DNA from: an uncultured archaeon
GTDB taxonomy: Archaea > Thermoproteota > EX4484-205 > JAAOZP01
Direction of reading: 5' to 3'
DNA length: 64,000 nucleotides
NCBI GenBank assembly: GCA_938045545.1
Contig: CALIBN010000008.1
Location: forward strand, 42,631 to 106,630
Shown here piece after piece: positions 50,655-60,287 of this stretch (its first letter is position 1; every line of letters starts with the position of its first letter). Made by a program: the position numbers and the translations under genes. The notes under the pieces were generated by a model. It saw only the letters and a list, made by a program, of their open reading frames with translations, was not told the DNA's origin and did not search any database.

Positions 50655-51686
50655 TCAAATGCTTCTTTGATAGATCTCTGGGTTCAACAGATGCAATGGT
50701 TTATCTCCATCTAGGAACCTGAATATGTCCTCGACGATTAAATTCGACTGCCGTTCTACAGTCTCCCGAGTATTCCCCCCAATATGGGGTGTCACGATAG
50801 CGTTGTCCAACTCTAGGAACGGGTTTGACGAGTCGACCGGTTCATTCTCCTGCACGTCTAAAGCTGCGCCCGCTATCCTGCCTTGTCTAAGGGCCTCTAG
50901 AAGAGCCTGGTCGTCAACCGTACCAGGGGACGATGTATTGATTATGACTGCTGACGGCTTCATCATGGATATCTCCTCCTTCCCAATGATATGATAAGTC
51001 TCATCCGTGAGCCTTACGTGAAGTGTAATAATATCGGATTGTCTAACTAGCTCGTTCAGGGTAACCCTCTTCCCGCCGACTGAGAGTATCTTATCGTCGG
51101 AAACATAGGGATCATAGACCAGTATCGAAGCCCCGAAAGATAATAGGATTTTTGCGACCCTGGTCCCTATGTCTCCCAAACCTATTATCCCCACCTTCTT
51201 TCCATGTATCTCTCCACCTTCCAGAGCGTTGTAAACATCTTGAAAATCTCTATCCGTCTCATAGCTTACACCCCTCGTGAACATGCGCTGAGCGTAAACC
51301 AGTTTCCGCAACAGCGCCACCATAAGGCCTATTGTCAATTCAGCCACAGCCTGCGAGTTTCTCCCGGGCGCGTGTACAACGGGTATCCCCTTCGCGGTAG
51401 CAGCAGCTACGTCAACCGCGTAGGGAGTCCCCCTGCACGCCCCTATAAACCTAAGGTTCGTCCCTTCTATAACGTCAGCCGTCACTTGGTCCGCTTCCAC
51501 CACGAGTATTTCAACCTTGTTCTCATTAATCTTATCAGCAAGTTCGTCTCCAAAGTAAATGCGCCCAGTTTTCCTCCAGTCTTCATATATGACGTCGGCT
51601 CGTTGCGAGAGCCTTGCTAGAGCTTCTTTAGTGAAGGTCGCAGTTATCAAGCATCTCGGCCTTCCAACAGTTTGTTGTACTGCCAT
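50655..51686 (-). CDS. D-isomer-specific 2-hydroxyacid dehydrogenase
   Basis: PGRN..AVAE, GIIGLG.IG, YDPY, INTS, ALDV..EP, TPHIGG. Confidence 0.92.
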   Translation of the reverse strand: MAVQQTVGRPRCLITATFTKEALARLSQRADVIYEDWRKTGRIYFGDELADKINENKVEILVVEADQVTADVIEGTNLRFIGACRGTPYAVDVAAATAKGIPVVHAPGRNSQAVAELTIGLMVALLRKLVYAQRMFTRGVSYETDRDFQDVYNALEGGEIHGKKVGIIGLGDIGTRVAKILLSFGASILVYDPYVSDDKILSVGGKRVTLNELVRQSDIITLHVRLTDETYHIIGKEEISMMKPSAVIINTSSPGTVDDQALLEALRQGRIAGAALDVQENEPVDSSNPFLELDNAIVTPHIGGNTRETVERQSNLIVEDIFRFLDGDKPLHLLNPEIYQRSI

Positions 51687-51692
51687 CGGTCT

Positions 51693-53177
51693 TCACTCCT
51701 TAGAGTAGGGGAGCCACCACATCCTTCTAGGTTCCCTTATCTTGTTTATGCATATTTGCCTAATGTTCACCATCTCTAAAAGCCCGTATCTGGAGGAGTG
51801 TCTTCCAAGCCCGCTTCGCTTCACTCCTCCCCAGGGCGCGTGCGGAAACGTCACAGCCACATCGTTTATCCAGACTATTCCAGACTCTATTCTTCTAGAA
51901 AGCCTTATCGCCCTATCTTCATTCTCAGTCCAGATCGAAGCCCCTAGGCCGTATTCAGTAGCATTAGCGATCTCAACGGCTTGCTTTTCATCGTGAAAAG
52001 GCATCACGGGTGCAACCGGTCCAAAAATCTCCTCGCTCATGACCTTCATCGAAAGGTTCACATCGGTGAGCACCGTGGGACTATAGAAGAATCCCTTCTT
52101 AAATTCTTTTGGAGCTGAGCCGCCGCACATGATTCGAGCACCTGCCAATATGGCCTGCCTCACAGAACGCGACACATACGATTGTTGCTCTCTGCTTATC
52201 AAAGGCCCAATGTCAGTTGAAGGATCAAAACCGTTTCCAACCTTCAGGGACGAGGCTTTTTCTACGAATTGTTTCAAGAAATCATTAAAAACATTCTCGT
52301 GAACTAATATCCTCTTAGCTGAGACACATATTTGGCCTGCTCCGAAAAACCTGCCGTACAAGGCTCCGTTAACTGCTTCATCCAAGTTTGCATCATCCAA
52401 CACTATGAAGGGATCGCTTCCTCCGAGCTCTAAGATGGTTTTCTTCAAGCCCTTCGCACAATTCAAAGCAACCTGGGCCCCGGCCTTATTGCCACCTGTA
52501 AATACTACTGCTTGGACATCAGACTTTACTAGCATTTCTCCAATCCTCCCTCCGCCTTGCACCATGTTAAACACACCTTTCGGTAGCCCTGCTTCCTCGA
52601 ACAGCTCAGCAATCTTCTCGCCTACCATAGCGGTTAGGGAGGAGGGCTTGAAAATCACGGAGTTCCCAGCCACCATCGCAGGGATGATCGTTTGAATCGG
52701 AATTAGAAAAGGCCAGTTCCAAGGGGATATGACTACTACGACGCCAAGCGGCTCAAACACTATTCGGAACTCATAGTTTCCAGCTTGAGGGAAATCCATA
52801 ATCCTGGTTTCTTCCCTCAGCATTTGCTCAGCCTCAGCCACATAATAGTCAACATACATTTGAGCCCCTGTAACTTCCATGCTGGATTCTACCAAGGGCT
52901 TACCATTTTCTAAAGTTATGACGCTTGAAATCTCGTCGAGCTTATCCATCATCAGTTGTCCAACCTTCTTCAGCAGCTCAACTCTTTCTCCTATGGTCAT
53001 AGTGCTCCATTGATGGAAGGCCCTCTTCGATGATTCAAGAGCAATTCTTAAATCGGGCATTCGCGCGCTCGCCACCTCATGTATTACTTCTTCCGTGGCA
53101 GGGTTTAATTTCGGGATTTTTACACCAGTGGGCGTTATCCATTTTCCATCGATGAACGAACGAACTATATTCAACAC
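51693..53177 (-). CDS. NAD(P)-dependent aldehyde dehydrogenase
   Basis: PWNWP, FTGG, LELGG, GQICVS, EEIFGP; true start about 53177. Confidence 0.93.
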   Translation of the reverse strand: MLNIVRSFIDGKWITPTGVKIPKLNPATEEVIHEVASARMPDLRIALESSKRAFHQWSTMTIGERVELLKKVGQLMMDKLDEISSVITLENGKPLVESSMEVTGAQMYVDYYVAEAEQMLREETRIMDFPQAGNYEFRIVFEPLGVVVVISPWNWPFLIPIQTIIPAMVAGNSVIFKPSSLTAMVGEKIAELFEEAGLPKGVFNMVQGGGRIGEMLVKSDVQAVVFTGGNKAGAQVALNCAKGLKKTILELGGSDPFIVLDDANLDEAVNGALYGRFFGAGQICVSAKRILVHENVFNDFLKQFVEKASSLKVGNGFDPSTDIGPLISREQQSYVSRSVRQAILAGARIMCGGSAPKEFKKGFFYSPTVLTDVNLSMKVMSEEIFGPVAPVMPFHDEKQAVEIANATEYGLGASIWTENEDRAIRLSRRIESGIVWINDVAVTFPHAPWGGVKRSGLGRHSSRYGLLEMVNIRQICINKIREPRRMWWLPYSKE

Positions 53178-53253
53178 GTTAAAAGAACAATTATGATATT
53201 TAAGCTTTAGCGCGATAAAAAAAGTTAAATATCGGAAAAAAGAATGTGAAAGT

Positions 53254-53589
53254 ATGCCGACGAAGGAGCAGGTGTTTGAGTCCCTCGATGAAATAAGGAA
53301 GAGGTTTGAAGACCCGAGTGTCAAGGAGAAGTTTAAAGGTTTTAAGAGGGAGATATGGTTCAAGTTTCCAGACTTGAATGTAGAATACGTTCTGAGCGTC
53401 AATGAAGATGCTGTTGCAACCCTTAGGGAGGGTGCTGTCGAAAAGCCGGATGTGACGGTGGAAATGGACAGCACGACTTTCCTAGGCGTAAGAAGTAAGA
53501 AGATAAGTGCGACACAGGCCTACATGTCTGGAAAGCTTAAAGTTAAAGGCGCCATGCCCGACCTTTTAAAGCTCCAAAAACTCCTGTGA
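53254..53589 (+). CDS. SCP2 sterol/lipid-binding domain protein
   Basis: PDVTVEM, AYMSGKLKVKG...L.KL signature; divergent from the ALDH gene. Confidence 0.9.
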   Translation: MPTKEQVFESLDEIRKRFEDPSVKEKFKGFKREIWFKFPDLNVEYVLSVNEDAVATLREGAVEKPDVTVEMDSTTFLGVRSKKISATQAYMSGKLKVKGAMPDLLKLQKLL

Positions 53590-53593
53590 CGCT

Positions 53594-54238
53594 TTACAAC
53601 ATCATCGTCCTGAAGAGTTCCCGCCCCACTTCAACCGCCCATTCAGGAAGGTTCTTAGGCGACCCAATGGCCTTGGCTAGCAAATATACCGTTGAAGCCT
53701 TCTCGAGAAGCAACGCTTTATGAAAAGCATCCTGAAGATCCTTGCCGCATACAACAGCACCATGGTTTGCGAGCAAAACAGCATTCCTCTGAGTCAGACT
53801 GCTGGCGACGTTAGACGCCAACTCCTCGGTTCCAGCCATCGCATATTCGATTGTCGGAACATTCTCTCCAAGATAAGGAATTAGTTCCTCTAGAAATGGG
53901 GGTATTGTCTCGTGAAGCGAGGCAAGCGCTGTAGCGTGTAAAGAGTGGAAGTGTATCACTGCCCTTGCATCAGGCCTTTTAGAGTATATAAGGAGATGCA
54001 TCTTAGTTTCAACCGACGGATTCCTTTTACCCTGAACTACCTCGCCAACCTCATTCACAACTAGAATGTCGCTGGCCTTTATTTTGTAGCGAGGAACTTG
54101 GCTGGGGGTAATGGAATACCTGTTAGCGACGCGTGTTCTAGCACTCACGTTACCCTCATAATCCAACACGTACCCTATCTTATAAAGGGTCCTTATTGTC
54201 CGCGCGACTTTCTCCCTCACCGATTTAAAAGAATTCAT
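53594..54238 (-). CDS. Class II aldolase/adducin family (FucA-like)
   Basis: GNVS, ITPS, PSVE..MH, HFHS, LANHG. Confidence 0.9.
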   Translation of the reverse strand: MNSFKSVREKVARTIRTLYKIGYVLDYEGNVSARTRVANRYSITPSQVPRYKIKASDILVVNEVGEVVQGKRNPSVETKMHLLIYSKRPDARAVIHFHSLHATALASLHETIPPFLEELIPYLGENVPTIEYAMAGTEELASNVASSLTQRNAVLLANHGAVVCGKDLQDAFHKALLLEKASTVYLLAKAIGSPKNLPEWAVEVGRELFRTMML

Positions 54239-54240
54239 TT

Positions 54241-55737
54241 TCAAGCAATGCTTCTCAACCTCTCGTATATAAGTTTCCACCTCCAATAATTAGACTGGTA
54301 GTCTTCGTAACAAGACGTCGGATTCACGGTCTTTAACTCAACCATTCTCTCAACAATGCTCCTTGGATCCTCAGATCTTAGAAAAGACCAGCATGCGACA
54401 GACGCCCCCACAGCACTCGCCCTCGGCTCAAAGGGAGTTGCAACAGGCGTCGCCAACACATCCGCCAGTATCTGGATGAGGAGGCTGCTGTTCGTCAGCC
54501 CTCCTGAGGCAATTATGGGCGTAAGGATGCTGGGAAAGACTTCCCTAGCCTGATCCAGGTTGCCCCTACACGCGAATGCTATGTTCTCATAACATGCCCT
54601 CGCTATATCACTGGCCTTTGGCTTCTCCCCGATGAACAATGAGGGAAGTATTACGGCTGCGGGGGGCACTTCCATAAGCCTCCTAGCATCCATTATCGAA
54701 GGGCCTAAGAATGCCAGTGTATTCCTGCTTCCGCAGGGGGCTGATCCAGCCAGCTTATCGAAACGCGCGTAGTCAACACTGTCCCCCTTTCTAATCATAA
54801 GCACGTCGTAGGCAAGCCAGTCGAAGATGTTTCCACAAACGCCCAAGTTACTCTCCAGAATCCAGAGTCCATCCAGCGGAAAGCATCCTGTCCACATTCT
54901 CTTCTCCTTGTCAATACGCGGCTCTGACATTATGACGTGCAATGGTGCTGTTGAACCCATCGAGATATATGCCTGGCCGTTCGAGAGAGCCATCGACCCG
55001 ATGCCTGAACACTGTGTATCTCCTGCAGCCATTACAACAGGGGTCCCGGAGGATATTCCTGTCGCTTTTTGGAATTCCTCGGTCGGATAGCCAACCAGCT
55101 GGCCAAACTTAACGATCTCAGGCAGTTGTCCAAGTTCCACGCCCGCAATCCTGCACATCTCCTCGCTCCATCTCCGTCGACGTATGTCGAACAAATAGGT
55201 TCCTGCAGCCTGCGACGGTTCTTCAGCAGGCTTACCCGTAAGCATGAAAATCATCCAGCCGTCTATCGTCGTGAAGAACCTGGATAAGCTGAATGCCTCT
55301 GGATCGTTTTCGATGAGCCATCTTATCCTACTTCCCGAGAAAAGGAACGAGGGGTGAAGCCCAGTGATCTGATGTGCTTCCTCGCTCACCGAATTGGTGA
55401 AGACGTTCTCCACCTCGGCGCCCCTCGCATCCATGTTTGGGCAAAGCATCAACGTCCTTCCGTCTCGCCCTATGACTGCTGTTGAAAACCTTTGCCCAGT
55501 CATCGTAACTGCTGAAACACCTCCTGTTTTCAGTCGTCTCACACACTCCGCCGCTGTGCTGCAAACCGAGGACCACAGCTTCTGGGGGTCCAGTTCCACT
55601 ATATACGGGCGGTCGGGAAAAGGCAGCTTCTTTTCCAAGGGGTGGGTGGAGGAGCTCACTATTCTTCCTGACTCGGATACTAGTCGAGAATGAACTGCAC
55701 GCGTAGTTAGCTCTATTACTAGAACATGTTCCTCCAT
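54241..55737 (-). CDS. FGGY-family carbohydrate kinase
   Basis: TGQR, DAR, GDTQC, SGG, ADV motifs; N-terminal IELTT replaces canonical IDxGT. Confidence 0.88.
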   Translation of the reverse strand: MEEHVLVIELTTRAVHSRLVSESGRIVSSSTHPLEKKLPFPDRPYIVELDPQKLWSSVCSTAAECVRRLKTGGVSAVTMTGQRFSTAVIGRDGRTLMLCPNMDARGAEVENVFTNSVSEEAHQITGLHPSFLFSGSRIRWLIENDPEAFSLSRFFTTIDGWMIFMLTGKPAEEPSQAAGTYLFDIRRRRWSEEMCRIAGVELGQLPEIVKFGQLVGYPTEEFQKATGISSGTPVVMAAGDTQCSGIGSMALSNGQAYISMGSTAPLHVIMSEPRIDKEKRMWTGCFPLDGLWILESNLGVCGNIFDWLAYDVLMIRKGDSVDYARFDKLAGSAPCGSRNTLAFLGPSIMDARRLMEVPPAAVILPSLFIGEKPKASDIARACYENIAFACRGNLDQAREVFPSILTPIIASGGLTNSSLLIQILADVLATPVATPFEPRASAVGASVACWSFLRSEDPRSIVERMVELKTVNPTSCYEDYQSNYWRWKLIYERLRSIA

Positions 55738-55819
55738 AATTTCTTACACATCGTCGCCCTATAAAATCCTTATTTTTTCTCGTACCGAGGGTGAAAAGGG
55801 TTTTCAATTCTGGGATAGC

Positions 55820-56110
55820 ATGGTCGACGAAGCGCAAGCAAGAATGACATTTTATCATGCAGCACTAGGGAAAACTGGAACACCGCTCACGATAGAGTAT
55901 GACGTTAACAAGGCTGATTTACCACATTATGCTATTGAACGCCAGATGGTTCTGCTCTGTTATACGCCTTCCTATAAAGAAACTCCACTTATGGTGAAGT
56001 TTTGACGGTCAAGGTGCAGCCGCCATCATTATCGGAAGCAACGCGAAACCGTTGCAGGCTTAATTCTAGCATCACGGCTCTGCCCTACGAGCGTTTCGTA
56101 GGATGGATTA
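55820..56110 (+). mobile_element. Possible degenerate IS200/IS605 TnpB 3' remnant with terminal hairpin
   Basis: IEYDVNKADLP.. and RCSR...QRETVAGLIL weakly resemble the TnpB C-terminus; hairpin CCTACGA-GCGTT-TCGTAGG at about 56084-56102. Confidence 0.25.
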
Positions 56111-56170
56111 AATTAAACTTAAAACCCCAGCAACATCAAGAGCAGTAACGAATTCTTATGCGCATAAATG

Positions 56171-57448
56171 TTAAAGTTTAAGCAACCATTTCCAAAGGGG
56201 GATGCATCTAATTGTTTTATTATCAATCTCAAACTCATCCTCGTAATCCCAGGTGATTATAAGTAGGTTCTTGCATTTCAATTGTTCGCTTGCCTTCAGC
56301 AGGGCTCTGACTTCTCTTTTCTCAATATCGTTTCTGCTGGACGCATAGGTTACTTGAATCAGCTGCTTTACTTGGAAGTCCTCTTTTAAAACGAAATCAA
56401 CCTCGTTGTTGTTGATTTTCAAGTAGAATATTTCAAAACCCTCCTGTAGCTTTTTCCTCAAAAGTTCTACGGCTACCAGGTTTTCCATCAGTTTCCCCTT
56501 CGACTCTATAAATCTAAAGCTTAGAGTAGAGATTATGGAGTTGTCTATTACGTAAACTTTCCTAGGCGATCTTATTTGCTCACTAACCTTAAGAGAAAAA
56601 TTATTAAGGGAAAAGACTAGAAAAGTTTCCTCCAGGTATCTAGTATAGTTGATAACGGTATGTATGCTTCTAAACCCAAGCATATTGTTCAGCCTCCTGA
56701 AGGAGACTAGACTGGAAAAGTTTGAAACGAGATATCTCGCCAACTCATACATGGAGGAGGCAAACCTTATCTTATACCTCCCAACCACGTCTTTCAAAAC
56801 CACTGCGTTAAATAGGCTTTCCACGTAAGGCTTAAAATCCAGATTCTTCACAACCACCTCCGGGAAGCCCCCGGCATCCAAGTATTCTGAAAGCAGGTTC
56901 ATAACCCTCCCCTGATAATCCTTCAAGGCCAAGTATTCCTTCTCGACTTCAAACCCCTTCGCCTTCAAGAATTCTCTGAAGGAAAACGGTAGAATCGTGG
57001 TCTCCACATATCTTCCCGTCAAGTGAGATGCCAGCTCACTGCCAAGCAGCTTCGAATTAGAACCGGTTATTATCAAGTTGTACCCCTGCCTCTGCAACCT
57101 GTTAAGGAAAAGCTCCCACCCCTCCACGTTCTGAACCTCGTCGAAGAAAAGAAAGTCGAAATCGCCATAGACCCTGTGGGCAAGCTTAACAACCTGGTTC
57201 AAATCCCCTGTTCTAGCTAAAAACTCGTCGTCGAAATTAACATAGCCAAACCTTCTTCCCCTTAATATTTGAAAGGAGAAAAAGGTTTTACCGGCTCTCC
57301 GAGGACCAGTCACAGCCTTAATCAGACTCTTATCCAGAAAACTTCTTATTCTCTCCGTACCCTCCCTCTCCACAAACGGCTGTGAGTAGACCCTTTCCAG
57401 CTCCATCTTCTGCGAGAGAACCCTCTCCTCCATTACGTTATCAATCAT
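56171..57448 (-). CDS. AAA_14/DUF4143 ATPase with C-terminal PD-(D/E)xK-like domain
   Basis: GPRRAGKT, FFDEVQ, TGSNS, LTGR, GGFPE, EN.V..EL, EVDF...IQV; start likely ATG 57448. Confidence 0.9.
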   Translation of the reverse strand: MIDNVMEERVLSQKMELERVYSQPFVEREGTERIRSFLDKSLIKAVTGPRRAGKTFFSFQILRGRRFGYVNFDDEFLARTGDLNQVVKLAHRVYGDFDFLFFDEVQNVEGWELFLNRLQRQGYNLIITGSNSKLLGSELASHLTGRYVETTILPFSFREFLKAKGFEVEKEYLALKDYQGRVMNLLSEYLDAGGFPEVVVKNLDFKPYVESLFNAVVLKDVVGRYKIRFASSMYELARYLVSNFSSLVSFRRLNNMLGFRSIHTVINYTRYLEETFLVFSLNNFSLKVSEQIRSPRKVYVIDNSIISTLSFRFIESKGKLMENLVAVELLRKKLQEGFEIFYLKINNNEVDFVLKEDFQVKQLIQVTYASSRNDIEKREVRALLKASEQLKCKNLLIITWDYEDEFEIDNKTIRCIPLWKWLLKL

Positions 57449-57488
57449 ACTGCGCAAAAATTTAAACTTTTGTGCAGTATACTGCACA
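57447..57488. promoter_or_regulatory. Inverted repeats around the TATA element (putative operator)
   Basis: ATACTGCGCAAAA..TTTAAA..TTTTGTGCAGTAT plus perfect palindrome TGTGCAGTATACTGCACA (57471-57488). Confidence 0.7.
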
Positions 57489-57677
57489 TCTTTATAAAGA
57501 CTAAACAAACCGGAAACCTCATAAAAACCCGTAGGAACGCCGTCTTTACACACCATTCGGAAACCATTATCCTCAACGTCTTAAAAGGGGCTGAGCAACT
57601 GTTTCTATCTAGCGTAAAGCTGTTAGCTATTAACTATGCTAGCGCACCGGCTTCACCCGTTCACGCCGGCAGCCCTC

Positions 57678-57860
57678 TCCTGAAGAGGAGGGAAGGCAGA
57701 ACTTGGTGTCAGAACTTGGTCAGAAGCACGCCCTGGCGAAGCAAAAAAAGTACTGGGCGCGAACAGCAAGGTGGTGAAAATAGTCTTAGAAACCCTTTCC
57801 TTAACCATGATGATAGAAGAGAAAGAAGGTTGCCACTTAATAGATGACCAGTGATCAAGG
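57678..57860 (+). pseudogene. Inverted decayed copy of the 3' end of the 47090-48064 ATPase gene
   Basis: 57759-57798 is the exact reverse complement of 47176-47215; similarity continues on both sides. Confidence 0.85.
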
Positions 57861-58047
57861 TAACCAGCATAATATAGATGTGATTCACCGGCTGCAAATA
57901 ATTCGGTGCGCACGCATAACACTATGCTAACAGCATGGATGCTGAATAATACTTCGACTACCATTCTCTCCAAAGCATAAACTGGCCATACATATTTTTT
58001 TAAGCAAGTAACGATGGTCAGCTTTATATAACGCGCGTTAATCTCTA

Positions 58048-58977
58048 ATGATAATGATGGAAGGTTTAAAATATGAAAGGCCTCCTTCCCAACCACCTTA
58101 TAAATGGCTGAGTATCGCGATACTTCTTTTTGTTTCAGGCATAGTCTCCGGATTAGTCTTTGGTTACTGGGTGAGTGGCGAACAGATAGGTTTTCTTCGG
58201 AATGAAGTCACGAACCTGCAGTATAACAACGCTCAGCTGCAATACCGGATAACGCAGCTAAAAACATCCTACGACTCGCTTCTAGCATCGTATGATTCAC
58301 TTAATACACAGTATCAGAAGCTTCAAGAAAAATACAGGTTTTCGCCAACAATCCCATACGCCCTCATCTGCAACGGAACGATACAATGGTTATTCAAGGA
58401 TATGAGGGGAAACATCTTGAAATGGCAGATTCCAATCGATACGTACAGGGCATACGTGAAAAGGGAGAAAAGCAAAGACTATGTAAAACTATCCTTCAAA
58501 AACGGTACTACTGTAAAAGTTCTAGACATGAGAAACTACATCGAGCCAAAATTCTTCTCCAGTGTTATACTCGAGTTGACACGTGGCCGAACAGATGAGG
58601 AATTCGTACGGGAAGTGGATAACGTTAAGAATCAGATAGTTGTCTATGGAACCGGTCTTGGAGACCATTACAGGTGGCCTGTCGAAACACTGGTTGAAGG
58701 CAGAGGACAATGTGGAGATACTACTATTTTAATGGCAAGCATGATAATCGAGGGAAACCACCTGATGAACTACGGTATGAAAATCTACATATGGTTCGTC
58801 GATGCAGAGCACATCTCAGACCCTATCAATGTAAACCACGCTTTGATCGAGGTTGAATTTAAGAGCGGAAACAGGTGGATAATAGAGACGACGGCTAATT
58901 ACTTCTACAATTATCTTGAACATCAATCGGTCTCCGGCTGGAAATATGACGTGACCTATCAAGGCTTAGGAAATTAG
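58048..58977 (+). CDS. Membrane-anchored coiled-coil protein with transglutaminase-like domain
   Basis: N-terminal TM, heptad coil, ETLVEGRGQCGD (Cys), NHA (His), IETT. Confidence 0.78.
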   Translation: MIMMEGLKYERPPSQPPYKWLSIAILLFVSGIVSGLVFGYWVSGEQIGFLRNEVTNLQYNNAQLQYRITQLKTSYDSLLASYDSLNTQYQKLQEKYRFSPTIPYALICNGTIQWLFKDMRGNILKWQIPIDTYRAYVKREKSKDYVKLSFKNGTTVKVLDMRNYIEPKFFSSVILELTRGRTDEEFVREVDNVKNQIVVYGTGLGDHYRWPVETLVEGRGQCGDTTILMASMIIEGNHLMNYGMKIYIWFVDAEHISDPINVNHALIEVEFKSGNRWIIETTANYFYNYLEHQSVSGWKYDVTYQGLGN

Positions 58978-58979
58978 GA

Positions 58980-59676
58980 AAACAAGGAGTAACTGAATAC
59001 TCCTCTATCGTTTTACCAGGCGGCTTCAACCCCTCCTCCTTAAACCCCTCAATTAGGAACTCCTTAGACAAATCCCTAGAGAATCTCTCGATAAGAACCT
59101 CATGAACATACCTTCCGTAAAGCGGCGAAGAAGGATTGTCAACTCCGAGGAAGCTTCTTAACAAGCCGATTTCAGAGCCCGAGACCACTAGGGAAATGTT
59201 CTCCAGGTTATCGTAAGAGTATGCAATGAGGTCCCTGAGCTCAACGGATATGGGAGGCTTAAGAGACTGGACTTCGTCAACCACCAGAACAAACCTCTCA
59301 CCCCTCTTGTTAATCTCTTGGAGAAGACCCATAAGGCTCACGGAATCACTACCCCTCCACTTCACTTCAACACCCTCAGCCGAGAAGCTTATTCCCCTTA
59401 TGCCCTCCAACAGCCTCCTCACCTTGCTGAGGGGATCGTGAAGACCGTCACCTATCCTCTCGTAGAGCTCAGACCTCCTTGAAACACCCCTAGCATCTAA
59501 AGTCCTTTACGCTCCCGGAGGAACGCTTTAACAAGACTCGTCTTCCCAATCCTCCTGATCCCCAGCACGAGCGTAAGCGGCCGTCCGTGGTCAACAGCCC
59601 TATCAAACTCCCTAAGCTCATCCTCTCTGTCGAACAAATCGCTCCGAGACGATTTCGGCCTAATGTCGAAAAGCAA
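58980..59676 (-). pseudogene. Archaeal ATPase pseudogene (paralogue of 47090-48064)
   Basis: LLFDIRPKSSRSDLFDREDE, GIRRIGKTS, VDEVQ, SGSEIG, SPLYGR; frameshifted near 59500 and truncated before the C-terminal domain. Confidence 0.85.
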
Positions 59677-59710
59677 GTTCCGGTCCAGAACTCAGTTCCG
59701 GTCCGGAACT
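59676..59710. promoter_or_regulatory. Tandem 17-bp palindromes (putative operator)
   Basis: AGTTCCGGTCCAGAACT-C-AGTTCCGGTCCGGAACT abutting the TTG start of the ATPase pseudogene. Confidence 0.75.
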
Positions 59711-60068
59711 ATTAAACCTTACGCTAACCGTCCACCAAGCGATATCCCATGCCGCCCAACTTAAACCGCTTGAGAAGCCATAACACCAGGCGGAAAACAT
59801 TCTTAGAAACTAGGAGACATGTCCTCGCAACCCGTTAAAAAATGGAGGAAGGCTCCAAAACCTTAACCTTATACACCATCAGCCTCAACGCCCAGCGAGA
59901 GATGACCACAGAGAAATCAAAGAAAAAATGCTATAGTTCAACGAGATAAACATCAGAGGACGCCCCTCGTAGTACGCCAAGGCTGAAGCCCAACAACACC
60001 AAGAAACACGTATTTAGTTGACGTAAAACTTATATATTAAAAATCCCTTTCTATAGTGGGAAATAAAA

Positions 60069-60284
60069 ATGGAAATAAAAATCGGCGATAAAGGAAGGAT
60101 AACTCTTCCGCATAAAATAAGGGCTTCACTAGGCATTAGAGAAGGCGACTCATTAACAGTTGAAGTTACAAGCAAAGGCATACTTCTTAAGCCAAAAGCC
60201 CCTTCCTCCAAAGAACTATGGGGCGTAGCAAAAACAGGGAGAGTAGAAATAGAGGAGATAGAAGAAGCCTTGGGTAGGGAATGA
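60069..60284 (+). CDS. vapB: AbrB/MazE-type antitoxin (VapB)
   Basis: KIGDKGRITLP..IR..LGI.EGD; 3 bp upstream of the PIN gene. Confidence 0.88.
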   Translation: MEIKIGDKGRITLPHKIRASLGIREGDSLTVEVTSKGILLKPKAPSSKELWGVAKTGRVEIEEIEEALGRE

Positions 60285-60287
60285 AAA

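Noticed and set aside
53178-53474. N-terminal extension of the 593-aa ALDH ORF
   Set aside because: It is the antisense shadow of the SCP2 gene; ALDH homology starts near 53177.
57470-58096. ORFs 57470-57847 and 57653-58096 as genes
   Set aside because: They run across operator repeats and a decayed ATPase fragment with no coherent protein signature.
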